Assembly (NCBI GenBank): GCA_011109175.1
Contig: RDEW01000059.1
Coordinates: 202,012 to 266,011 of the forward strand
Direction: 5' to 3'
DNA from: Dicyema japonicum
Taxonomy: Eukaryota; Animalia; Dicyemida
Length of the DNA stretch: 64,000 nt
Position 1 is the first letter of the stretch, and every line of letters begins with the position of its first letter. Shown here in pieces: positions 1 to 11,374 of the stretch. Below the pieces are notes generated by a model. That model ran no database searches. It was not told where the DNA came from and saw only the letters and a program-made list of their open reading frames with translations. The translations under genes and the position numbers were made by a program.

Positions 1-1749
1 ACGTGGCAATTGTTTGTAGCATTTTGAGCTCGATTTGTTGGAAAAATGAATTTTTTTCAAATATACACCGATGCATATTAAAGTATATTTCGCTTTGGAG
101 ACTTTTCGGGAGACATTTGATAATCTTTAAATCACTACTGGTGGATAACCTTTTCTGTTTTGATCCCCTTTTCGGTCGTCCACTGGGTGAGCATATATTC
201 CTGTACTCGCACACTTAACGTCTTGGGGATCTCGTGAATAAGCAAGAACTCTTTGACATTCCTCATCATATTGTGGTATCTGGCTGTCGTCGAATATATC
301 CTGGCGTAGATATTCGTTATATTTCCGAATATTGAGGCGTACATGAGGGCTGAAACAATAAAACTTGTGTTACATCCAATAATCATCATGAAAATGGTGA
401 ATAACTTTTCGTTGAAGGTATTGGGGGCGATATTCCCAAATCCAATGCTGGTCATGCAAGTAATCGTGTAGTAAATGGCTGAAATGTAGGAGTTTGACCA
501 GTCATCACTGTCTTGTATCATCAGTAACCCAAACAACCATAGTTGGTGGTCCTCTTCAATTCACTAAGCCACCCAAACGTTATGTTATTGGACATGTCAG
601 TGACTCCAATGGAATACCAAATACAAGCGAGCCAATGAGCCACCAATATGAAGATGAATATTAATATTATCAGAATTATTCCCCCGAGCTCCATATATTG
701 GCGCATTCTTCTCGTTAGTTTTAGTAGTCGGGCCATTTTTCCAATTTTTAAAATCGAAAATAATTGAGGGAACTAAACAATCTCAAATGATACCTTCTGT
801 GAGTAATTCGTCTGAATGTAGTCGATTAAGTGGTAAGGCAGAAATGATATTAAGTCAATGATAAAGTAGGTCTTTAGGTATTTGTTGCAAATCATCTTGG
901 GGTTGGTGACTATTTTCCCGGCCTCGTTCACGTAAGTTGTTCGAAAACTGGAAACCAAGTCGATGAAGAATAAAGTATCAATGATCAGTTCGGCGATTGT
1001 GATAGTTGAGGATATTTTCATAGTAAAGGACACATAGAAGGGGACGACGACAGCAGTGTAAAATATCAAAAGTAGAATGAGTGAATCCCACGCTAGTTTT
1101 AGCTTAGAATTATGAAATATTATGAATTTTCCGATTTTCTGTTTTTCCGACGTATATCTAGGCAATCTCTCTTCCACAAAAGTCATCTGGGCTTAGCAAA
1201 ACGTTACTTTGCAATGATCGTTCATCTGTTTCTCAAACCTTGAACGTCTCAAAATGTTCTCTAATAATACAGATACTCTACTACTATTCAGTGAGTGGAG
1301 ACTCTTGATTTTGTTGAAGATTATAATATATAATATTGGCACGTCATTTTCGTCAAATATGGGGGAGACTTCCAGGGAGACCAATAACTTTATTTCTATC
1401 CATGCATGATTAGTCATACCATGTTTTGCGTAAAGTGTTATGTTGATATTGCTGCTTATATTTTCTTGCAGGTTAAGCTGAATTTGTTTGATTTTTGTGC
1501 ATTCCGTTTCAGGTCCGTTGATAAAGCCGCTAAATATGCTTTTTCTTATAATCTCTTCCTTGTTGTACTTGAAAAGTTGACTAAATTTGTCATTGCAGTA
1601 CACAATTGGGAATCCACTCATGTTTTGATTTCCGAGAAAAAATGTGAGATCTTGAATATTATTTTCTAATATGGACAACTTTTATTGTTTATTATTTTAT
1701 CCAAAAATGTGTTTTGTGGGGACCTATAACCCGTAGAATAATTGTTCAT
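1..1749 (-). CDS. KCNH: Voltage-gated K+ channel, eag subfamily (KCNH1/5-like); multi-exon, C-terminal part runs off the window start
   Basis: Spliced N-terminus MNNYSTGYRSPQNTFLDKII (eag cap; ATG at 1749, upstream of the ORF-track start), PAS GNQNMSGFPIVYCND, S1 AWDSLILLLIFYTAVVVPF, S4 LKIGKMARLLKLTRR, S5 VAHWLACIWYSIG, pore TCMTSIGFGN, C-linker RVQEYMLTQWTTEKGIKTEKV. Introns at 1651-1679, 773-793, 512-537 and 350-373. Confidence 0.93.
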
Positions 1750-2189
1750 TGTGGACTACTCCTTAGTAATTTTGATTATACTCAAAATATAAGGGCTTAA
1801 ATAATATTGATCACTAATTACTATAAATTTACAATGGCCATTTAACTCTTACGGATTAAATATACGTCAAGTTGTATTATTTCAATCAATCATTATCATT
1901 TATAAATTAACTTTGATGGATCCTCATATCGACTATCTTTCACAAGATCATCTGTCTCTTGCTTTCTTCACTATCCTCCAAGTCTTAATAAATTAAATTG
2001 TTATCCCAGCTTTGCTAGATGTACGAACTAGGTAGCTCCCAAAGATCATGCACTTTCACATTGGGATCTAGTGGCCCAGGATAAGTAGAGAGATCACGAA
2101 CCAGGGATGATGATGTCCACATAAAGTGAATCAGATTCTGAAACGTTGATCTCTGGAGGTCAGCGGCCAGGTTGTTGTCTCCAAGGTCC

Positions 2190-2450
2190 CGTTTATTTAC
2201 TTATTAACCTCAGGCTTACAGTCACAACTAATTAATCCAAGGAAGGAACCCAAAGGAGAACATCTACTTGTGCCGATCAAATCAATCCTCAATACTCCAT
2301 TACAGACTTCCAAGAGAGGTGGAAAATAGTTCTCCTTCCATTTTCATCACACATCCTACCGTCTCAGAACTCAATTCATTCTTAGGTGGAGAGTGTTCAT
2401 AATGGCAATCTTCAGCAGTGGAGTTGGTCAGGGGAATGAATACTAAACTA
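2190..2450 (-). mobile_element. 3' end fragment of LINE family A
   Basis: Similar to 39080-39350; shares the TTAATTAGTT...GG(G)TTAATAA tail with LINEs ending at 10680 and 59129. Confidence 0.6.
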
Positions 2451-2519
2451 ATTTGCTAACCCTTAAATTAAAAAAATAATTGTTAGTGGTTTAAACCAAA
2501 TAAATCAATAAACCATAAT

Positions 2520-4511
2520 TTATAGTTCATTATCTATTTCAGTCGTGTTGGAATGAGTTGATTCATTTTCTAGGGAATACAAAAATTCGAATAAATTCTG
2601 TTTATCAAACTCCATCGAAAAAGTATGCATGGAATTGTCTGAATAATAAATGATGATGGGACTCGTCACCAAATACGGATAAAATGATGGATGAGGATCG
2701 TTGGTTGAAATATCCATTTCTCCAAAGGCTATCTGACTTATTTCATATTCTCTCGCAAATTTGCGGAAAATCTGCAGCGGAGCCTTTATTGTTGGAGTGT
2801 AGGAATTATAGAAGAATAAAAGCCACTTTGTTTCGCTCATCAGAACAAACTAAAGTTAATTTTAATTTACTCTGTCGAAATTATCCCCCGTTAAAAAGTA
2901 ACAGAATTCACGCCCTTCGTTTGAGTTCTTTGGCTTCTTCGATACTCTTTCCTCTTCCAGAAGTGAATTCATCAATGAAAGCCAGCAACTTTGGTGTGTT
3001 CCAATCTTCAGTCGCTGGCATTACGTACCTTCTATTTTCTCCGTCAAGACATCCAAAGCCAAAGTCAGAGAAGTCCAATGAAACCCCAAAATTAAAAGCT
3101 CTCCGTTCGTCTTGAATCCCGGGAATACTATAACCGAATGAAATATCGGGTCTTTTCCGTGCAATATTGATAATATTTTTACGGAAATATTCGGTTGCTA
3201 ACAATAACAAATAAAATACTATCATAATTCTCCCTATTCCACGAGACCTCGAATATAAAGAGACAAAAAGGCCTTCTCCAAAACATCAAGTTTGAGTTCT
3301 TTGTTGTTACTTGTCCCACTAAAACAGGCAAATGTTTGTTGACAAATTCCTCGATAAATTCCGCCGTGAAATCACCCTAAACGTGTAAATTTGACCGTCT
3401 AACGGAAAACGCATAATATTTAGGGGATCCTTCAATATAAGACCCACGTGGGATGAACATGATAAGACCAGGATGGCTTACTCCAAATTTTTTCTCAGTA
3501 GATAAATCATTGGTGAAACACGTGAATATCAGACCCGATTTTTGTTGCTAAATAAAAAATCAAATCAACTGAAATTGACGAATTCGTCGAAATATTTGTC
3601 CCTCTCTGTGAAATACCCCAAAATTATGAATTCGGAGAACATCAGATTGCTGGTCACCCTTTCAATATTTTCCACAAAAGGGACAAGCTCCTTTGAGGGG
3701 TTCAAATAAGCCCGAATACATTCGACAAGTTCTAGTGACTTAGATGATTAAATACCGTTATATTGCGCATATCCGTTAGGGGAACATCCATAAAGTCGTC
3801 CTCCCACGGAAAGCCTGAAATCTGGAAAATATGTGACTCCAAATTTTTTAATGATGTTTTTTTCGACATTGTCCACTGAGACAAACTTGAGGTTAGGGTA
3901 GTTATCCCGCAATATTTCATAGGTCTTTTCGAATGAGGGCCTCGAAAGTCGACAAGGCTGGCAGCTACCAAAAACGCTATATTTCTACTTCTCCATATAA
4001 AAGTAGAAAAATATGGTCTCATAATTAGCCACAAAGTCCTCAAAGTCGGCATCCCGAAGACTGCGGATCTTATGTTGAGTATCGTTCGTCAGAATCCGGT
4101 TGACAAATCGATTAATGCCTAAAGTTGTTAGTTTCAATACTTTCTATTTCCAAAACACCCTGGAAATCGTGCTTATTCGAATATGCGTACATTCTGAGAA
4201 CTGGAAGATTTTGGAAATTTTCCCGCCGATAAAAAACCACGTCGAAAAAAACGTCGAGTTTGTAAGAGTCAACGTTCTTTATAGATTTTTGTAAATTTTC
4301 CACGAATTCCATGATTTTTCGACACTCATGTGACTCGCATCTCAAATCAGTTATAAGCAAACCTCGAAGAGTAGATCAAAACGAGAGCAGGGGATGTTAG
4401 GTCATTCAAAAACTCAGCGTTAATACTTTGCAGGACATCTCCCTGAGCTTATAGTAATTAAAAATAATTACAAAATGCGGTTAGAAGCAAAAAGGACACG
4501 AAAAAAATCAT
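2520..4511 (-). CDS. Protein disulfide-isomerase family protein (multi-thioredoxin fold, signal peptide, C-terminal DNEL), lacking canonical CxxC
   Basis: Spliced N-terminus MIFFVSFLLLTAFSQGD (introns 4448-4471 and 4341-4362), b/b'-like segments (FRLDGQIYTF; FGCLDGENRRYVM), last domain LTGDNFDR-FVLMSETKWLLFFY...FGEMDIS, KDEL-like end IDNEL. Confidence 0.75.
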
Positions 4512-4623
4512 TATTGCTAAGATTTTATACGTTTATTTAGAAATTAGGGTTTCCAACCAAAATTAGCAAAATAATTCAATTATTATTATTTTTAATACAA
4601 AAATCAAAAGTGTAAATATTTGG

Positions 4624-4830
4624 ATGGGATTGTCAGCAATTACTGCAAACATCTTGATGCTGGAATGTCCTGCGAAAGCCTATATACAGATTGTCACCAC
4701 TAAGAAGACAGCAGAGAGTATTCTTAATGGATTTAGAGATGAAGTGGTTATTGTGGAAGACGAACACCAAGCAGAGGTGATATGGCTGCTTAAAGAGGCC
4801 GGGGTCTCCTAACTGCCTTTCCTTTAATTT
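4624..4830 (+). mobile_element. C-terminal fragment of R4-like RLE retroelement
   Basis: KAYIQIVTTKKTAESI matches KAYIQTLVLRKTLESM in the 14394-16007 ORF. Confidence 0.6.
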
Positions 4831-5059
4831 GTAGGTGATTTTGATTTAAATAAACTCATGTAGACCGATCACCTAAGAACGAAGAACCGTCAACCTCTGA
4901 TACCCATCGAAGAGAGGGTAGGCATTATGGAAGCAAATAAAGTTCTGTCCGTAATTATATAATAATGCTCTTACCAGACAGAACACACTTCAATTTAAGT
5001 AAATAGCAGTTATCAAAATAAATTTTATTTGATGATTGAATATTAACGAGTAAATTAAC

Positions 5060-5230
5060 TAATTATACGGATTTTAGTCCAGATTGCTGGTAATCCCTCT
5101 TCTCTTAGAAGAAGAGTGTGCCATAAACCCCCTGTTATTCTCCATCTCCACATTAGCTTCAATCGAAATATCTCTTTTAGAGTCCAATGGGCTGTCCTCA
5201 CGGCATGAATAGCATAGCAGTTATCATAAT
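5060..5230 (-). mobile_element. C-terminal fragment of RLE retroelement, same subfamily as 23095-23345
   Basis: Shares CATGCCGTGAGGACA and CTTCTAAGAGAA...GATTACC...ATCTGGA with the 23.1 kb fragment. Confidence 0.5.
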
Positions 5231-5489
5231 TAGGGCGATTTTTATTTTGACTTTAAAAGTTCAAAATTTTGACTTTATGACAAATTTTTCTAGAAAAATT
5301 TTTTTAAATATAAAAAACTAATAAAAACTTTATTAAAATATAGAATAATGTAATACAAAACGTTTTCAGGTTATAAATTTAGGTCTTTAGATAGTAATTT
5401 ACAATAATAAAAAACACGTGGAAGGGATTTTTCAAATACCCGTTGCACGGAGAAAAAGGTTGTTTTTCAAATGTTTTATTATAATTTTT

Positions 5490-5620
5490 ATAAATTAGCC
5501 GCGTGGCGCCATGTGGTGCTGCGTGGTTAATCAGTTAAAGTTTTTTGCTCGCTTGTCTTTTCCTCTTCTCTCTTCCTAATAGAGTGGCGTCATGTGATCC
5601 ACCTGTCTAGGTGACGCCCA
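5490..5620 (-). repeat. Dispersed repeat, probable RLE 3' end; related to 55705-55945 and 61425-61680
   Basis: Shared CCGCGTGGCGCCATG and GGCGTCAT(G/T)-GATCCACCT blocks. Confidence 0.5.
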
Positions 5621-5822
5621 GTGCCAGGCCGGCACGAAAAAGGATCATTTGCTCTTCCCCACTCCACTGGAGGGGTTTCCACAACTTCATGTAATAGACG
5701 TCTTACCTTTGATGCTGATTCCGGATGGACTCTGTTTCTGTAAAAGTGGAAACTGGGTACACTTAATTAGTTGTTTATTTTAACTTCTTTCTCGGTGTAT
5801 CCGGGGTTAATAAATAAATTAT
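5620..5822 (+). mobile_element. 3' end fragment of LINE family A
   Basis: Inverted homolog at 8885-9110; ends CACTTAATTAGTTG...GGGGTTAATAAATAAA. Confidence 0.6.
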
Positions 5823-5899
5823 AATAATTACTTTTAACTAATTAATTAAAAAATTATTAACAGCAAATCTAAATTTCAGATACTTTATAATTCAGCATA

Positions 5900-6170
5900 A
5901 ATCGTTACTAAAATACAAATTTGTGATCTGTTAGCTCGTCTTCTACGGTGAAATAATCTTCTTCCGCCATCCTTACTAATATTGACATTGCTCTGTAGTT
6001 CATTTTGATAGACTGTTTTCAAGCTTCTTTTAATTAAAATTCCATTTCCATCAAAGCTTTTAGTTATTTTGAGTTCATTAAGATTTTTACGATAATATTC
6101 AACAACTTTTTCTTTTGGTAAGAAATGTTCCAGCTTGTGGAGGCGGAGTTTAGCATCGTCCTAATGAATT
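5900..6170 (-). mobile_element. hAT-superfamily (DUF659-type) transposase remnant
   Basis: EYYRKNLNELKITKSFDGNGILIKR; nucleotide match TTTGATGGAAATGGAATTTTAAT to 46976-46998; peptide similarity to the 21.9 kb copy. Confidence 0.5.
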
Positions 6171-6199
6171 GTTTGTACAATAAGGTAAGACACTCCCTT

Positions 6200-7200
6200 A
6201 ACTGGCCGTCCGAGTGGACAGCTATTAGTCGGAGGATGTTTAATTTTTGTTTTGCTGGGTGGAAAGTACTTCAACGTGTTTGTTAAAACTGAATGGCGTG
6301 TCAAACGTGACTCCGAGGTCTGTGGTTAAATTCTCTCCGGTCAGTTGTAAAATTGTTAGAGACATCCTGTTTGTCACCATCCAATAAAAGAATAATTAAA
6401 AATGTCTTTGGACATTAAAAGAGACCAATTGAATGTTTATATCCATGGATGCAATAATGAGGTCATCGGCGTAGGGAATCGTTGCATGGGTCATTGGGGT
6501 GAGGTATAGGTTGATAAGTGATGGTGAGAGAACAGATCCCTGAAGGATACCATTTTGGAGGTAGCGGAATCGGTACATATGTGAATAAAAACATGTTTGA
6601 TCCTGTCTGCCGGAAAGGAAGTTTGTGAGCCAGGAGTACCAAACTTGAGGGATATTTGATGAACTGATCTTGTTTAAGAGAACCACACTAGAAATGTAGC
6701 CAAACAATTTTGTCAGGTAGATTGAGGCCAGAAGAATTCTTTCGGGGGTTTAGAATTGTTAAAACCGTCAGCAATAAACTATGTCAAGCTGGATAGAAGG
6801 GAGGTTGTCGAATGAAGGAAACACAAGCCATGTTGTGATTTGGAAAGGTTGAGGTGGCCTGAAATCTCGTTCAAGACTATTCTTTCCAAAATCTTCGATA
6901 CAACTGAGATAAAAGAAATAGATATTAGGAAGAAAGGGAGGGTAATCCTTGTTGTTTTTAAGTACAGGGATATTATCGATTCTTCCATAGCATAGGAATA
7001 AAAACGAGTTGATTGGGAATTCATAAATGGTCTTGAGAGCATTGAGCCGATACGTCCCAGGTGTTTCAAGTGGAGGTGGTGGTTGGACTCTCTTGGGTTG
7101 TATTGGAATATTACTGGTCTTGCAATAATGAGTCATCAAATCGTATACCGTACGGCAAAAGTCTTTAGGTCGGCCGATTTTATCAAGAGTCACACCATGA
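6200..7200 (-). mobile_element. Degenerate APE-type LINE reverse transcriptase fragment
   Basis: WLTNFLSGRQ, NGILQGSVLSPSLINLY, PYADDLII. Confidence 0.85.
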
Positions 7201-7397
7201 GAAAAGCTGGAATCAGTTTATTACTGTGCTGAACATCTTTGATGAATCTACAGAATTTGTGAGGTTTTGATTTTGGGTTAAGATAGGAAATAAATTCAGT
7301 CCATTTTTCATTCTTGATTTTTATTTAAAAATAAAAATATTTGAATTATCGAAAAATAATAATAAATTAAAAAAAGAATTAAATAATTATTATAGTG

Positions 7398-8554
7398 ATG
7401 TTTCTCTGCTGTTTGGATTCGACTGCGCGTCAACAGAGATCCCTTAACAACGAAATAGAAAAACAGCTCAAAAAAGGAAAACAAGATGGCAGAAACGAAT
7501 ACAAGGTCCTCCTCCTTGGGACTGGTGAAAGCGGGAAGACGACCTTCCTCAAGCAGATGAGAATAATAAGCAATACCGTCTTCACTGATAAGGAGAGATA
7601 TGAAATCAAGGGAATAATAATGGAAAACATCATAGACTCCATCCGTAAACTACTACAGGAGTACAACAAGAGGGCCGGGGTCTTTAATGTCGCCAATTTG
7701 TCTGTATTCTTAGCACCCAATCGGGGACGTTGTCAAAGTGAATTATGATCTCAAAATGGATCACTTTAAATGCATGAATTCATTTTGGAAGGAAAGTGTG
7801 ATCCAACAGATCTTCAACGAACGTGGAAAATTCCATATTTTGGACTCTTTCCAATAGTATTTGAGTCACTAAGCCTAGCTTCATGGACAACCTGCAAAGA
7901 ATCCTCAAGAAAGACTACATTCCCACGGACCAGGACATCCTTCATGCGAGGAAGGCGACGACTGGGGTACAGGAGCAACGATTCAAGATTGGGGACGCCA
8001 CATTTCGGTTAGTTTGGTGATGTAAGGAAGGCTGATGGATGTTGGAGGTCAGAGGGGTGAGAGGAAGAATTGGATCCATTGTTTTACTGCAGTGACCTCA
8101 ATAATCTTCCTTGCAGCTATTTCCGAGTATGATCAGAAGTTGGCGGAATTCGAAGCAAAGGTTGATGTTGTGAAGGATTCTTAGAATAGAATGTTAGAGT
8201 CTATTGCTCTGTTCAATACAATTTTCTGCTATAAGATATTTGATGAAAAGTCCATGATCCTCTTCCTCAACAAATGCGACATCCTGGAGATCAAGTTAAA
8301 GCTGAGCCCTATTACCGTAGTTTTCAGTGATTTTAAGGGTTGGGGTGTCTGTAACTCATGTAGGGGATGAGCATAGTATAAGTGATGCCAAAAACTACAT
8401 TTTGGAGAAGTATATGTGTTTAGCAAAACAGATGGATAAAACGGTGTTCAGTCACTTTACCTCCGTGACGGACACCGAGTCAACCAAGGTGGTGTTCGAA
8501 TCTGTTAAGTTTACTATACTCCAACAAAATTTGATGAGTTATTATTTTGTTTAA
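7398..8554 (+). CDS. GNAQ: Heterotrimeric G protein alpha subunit, Gq/11-like, divergent; 5 introns of about 22-25 nt
   Basis: MFLCCL N-terminus, [38 protein letters not shown]-terminus NLMSYYFV. Introns 7857-7878, 8008-8030, 8161-8184, 8339-8363 and one near 7690-7714. Confidence 0.88.
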
Positions 8555-8884
8555 TTTATCGTTTATTTAAAGAATATCTTTTCTTTATTACTCTCATTAA
8601 CGTAGACCACAGGAATTTCGAGTTTTCTAGGAAACCATGTTCTACTACTAAGGGAAAACTACCACGTGGATTAATTATTGTGTGCACAACACGGTTAATT
8701 TAGTTAACAATATTCTCTTTATGTAAATTTTTGATTTTAAGTAGATTGTAGTTGTCGACACCTTCTTTGTAGAGTCACAGATTTTCAACTTGTTCATCCT
8801 TCAGGTTGATGTGGTTAGGTTAATTTATTTCCCCCTCTCTCGACTGAACCCGGTGGCTAGGAATAACGTAAAAGTATAGGTTAT

Positions 8885-9110
8885 CCGTTTATTATTATTA
8901 ACCCCGCATACACCGAGAAATAAGTTAACAACTAATTAAGTGAATCCAGTTAAAGTCCTTCCTACGTCACATAAAAAGTCCAGAACATAAAATTACAAGT
9001 CTATTCCCGGCAGCTGTGAGAACCCTCCAGTGGGGTAGAGCAAATGATCCTTTTTCGTGCCATGAAAAGGGAGAGGAACATAGGAAACAAACAGATCCTC
9101 AATCAAGTAG
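8885..9110 (-). mobile_element. 3' end fragment of LINE family A
   Basis: Reverse-complement homolog of 5620-5822. Confidence 0.6.
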
Positions 9111-9699
9111 CACTACACGAACTTTCAAATTAAATCCCCCAGGGCAGTTAAATTGTTATGAAGGGTCATGAAATTGAGAGTAATTGTGAATTAAAATTTA
9201 TAAATTAGTTCTATTTATTCAGATTGGTTTTATTATTAATTAGTTATTTGTGACGTCATTGAATTCTTAACTTTGAATTGGAAAATTAGTAAATTTTTAT
9301 TTATTGAACCAGAAAACACCGTCATAGCCATAATTAAAAAATTCAGGTGATCCTGGCCTTCCTCAGCAGTCTTCGCATGCTTGGACTTGACAAAAGTGCC
9401 GTCCAGGGGAAACTCCTCCGATGGTTCACTTAAAGTAGCCACATAACACCACACTTACTTTGTTGTCACGTGGCATAGTTACCAAAATATCATTAGAGAT
9501 TCCATTATCACTATTCCCTTGATGGTACTGCTCTTGAAGTTAAATATCTTAAATATAATTTGGAAAGTTTGGGGGGTTAATGAAAACTGACGAATCCCAG
9601 GAAACCGGAAAAGTAATTCTAAAAGAGCTTTTCCATCAGAAATGGCCTAAGAAATCATCGGTTCCACGTGTAGATTTTAAGCGAAGTTGATATACCCTA

Positions 9700-10680
9700 T
9701 GGTCGGCTCCAAAATGACTTCCAACTTCCAAATTCAGTGTGATCGACCACGATAAATCATTCCACGAGATATTATATTTGATGAATTATGGAGGAGTTCA
9801 TTTGGTGGTGAAATAAGCAAGCTGTAATGGAGTGTCATAATCAAAGGAGCCTAATCTCCTGGGAATTCTGAATTAGTAATATCTTAGGAATTGGTTTTGT
9901 CACGAGACTGAGATTAATAAAAATCAAGTATTGAATGGCGAAAACCACTAATTGCACAAAATGTTTGAAAATGCACTATAAACACTTCAAAATCAATATT
10001 TGTGAGTGATATGGATGACTTGAGACAATTTTTCTCATGTTCACATCTAATCAGATTCCTCAAATTCAGAGCCGGGCGTGATTAGAATGTTAATGTATTC
10101 GGTATTAAAGGAGACTGAGTTTGACCCTTTGATGACATTATCTCAACATGTAAAGAACATTATGACAAAGGTTTCAGGAAACTGAATATAATGAAATCGT
10201 TCTTAAAGTCCAGGCCGTATAGGAATCCGCTATCGTCTTGTACAATCAACTTTTAAAACCGACGGTTGAGTATTTCTGTGCCTCATGGGCTTATGGAGTT
10301 TCAATATCAAATTTGTACAAGATCAATTCCCTAACAGCCAAATTGGTACGTCTAACAAATCTACCTGCCGATCTTTTTCCCCAATGCTTGACCACGCCTC
10401 AATCGAAAACAACAATTCCGGTTTCATCGGTCTGTGTGGTCACGAAACAAGTCGTTTCTTGCGTTCAAGACTAGATACCTCAAATACACGTAAATTGGGA
10501 AAAAAGCCACCCCTCTTCAAATTTTAATGAAAGGTGATCGTCGTCGATACAGGAAAGCCGTGGGTGCTCTAGAAGAACATAAGAAAAACCTCTCGATCCT
10601 TTTGAGGTGTACCTGGATCACTTAATTAGTTGGTTTACTTTTTTCTTGGTGTTCCCTTCTCGGGGTTATTAAATAAATAA
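9700..10680 (+). mobile_element. Degenerate LINE, post-RT region plus family A 3' end
   Basis: LYNQLLKPTVEYFCASW; tail CACTTAATTAGTTGG...GGGGTTATTAAATAAATAA. Confidence 0.65.
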
Positions 10681-11164
10681 TAAAAGAGACTGAGTCAAGA
10701 GTTTATATTAGTCACGTGGTTAATCGTCGGAAGGCTAGTTGGTGACGTAGCTCCGTTGCACTATACAATGCTCTGATGGGCTAAATGTCTTCATCTTCTT
10801 AAAATGGATGTAACTTTTCGTTCCCCTTTTTTCTTGTAGGAGACGTACACAAGTTTGTAACTAAGAAAGCTTCAAATACACTATTTCTTTTCACTTCTCA
10901 CAAAATTTGTAGAAACTCGGAGTAAGGGGTTAATTCTTAAATAATCAAAGTTATTCACGAGAGATAAGCGTTAGAATATTCAAATCATTATACAGTTGGA
11001 CCTCGATTTGACCACAATGTGGCCCAAGAACCGAGGTTGTATTTTAAAAAGAGGTCCATGGATATTTTCTTTAAAATTCATTTTTAATACAAAAAATAAT
11101 TTAAAAATATTTTAATAGTTAAATTTATATTTCACCCATTGCCCCGACGAGTGGTGCGTTTCCA

Positions 11165-11365
11165 TTACTCACCTCATCTTACACAGAACTCACACTTTAT
11201 TTACAAAGTAAAGTCATGCTAATTAATCCGAGACATTGAAGGTTTTCGTAGCTTTTTTTTCTTTTTGCTTGTGCGTGAGTCCCTGTGACAATCTGTTTCG
11301 CAGTCGCTCGTCAATCCCAGAAACATCGTAAAATGCTTGGAACCTTCAACCTGAATGGACAGTAG
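11165..11365 (-). mobile_element. Degenerate copy of tRNA-derived SINE
   Basis: Homology to 51056-51333 (GAAGGTTCCAAGCAT, A-rich internal tract, AATAAAGTGT). Confidence 0.5.
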
Positions 11366-11374
11366 CTAGCTAGT

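Noticed and set aside
1650-1678. ORF-track start MSILENNIQ suggesting a KCNH lacking the eag cap
   Set aside because: That segment is a 29-nt intron; the upstream exon encodes PQNTFLDKII, so the cap is present.
1820-1835. Identical 16-mer ACTATAAATTTACAAT upstream of two minus-strand genes (also 48743-48758) as a promoter element
   Set aside because: A few exact 16-mer matches are expected by chance at this AT content, and no third instance was seen.
9236-9454. PLDGTFVKSKH as a MULE transposase motif
   Set aside because: It is a single short motif with no supporting downstream residues or TIRs.
10991-11010. TA+CAGTTGGACCTCGATT Tigger-like TIR
   Set aside because: No partner TIR or internal transposase was found, so it cannot be delimited as an element.
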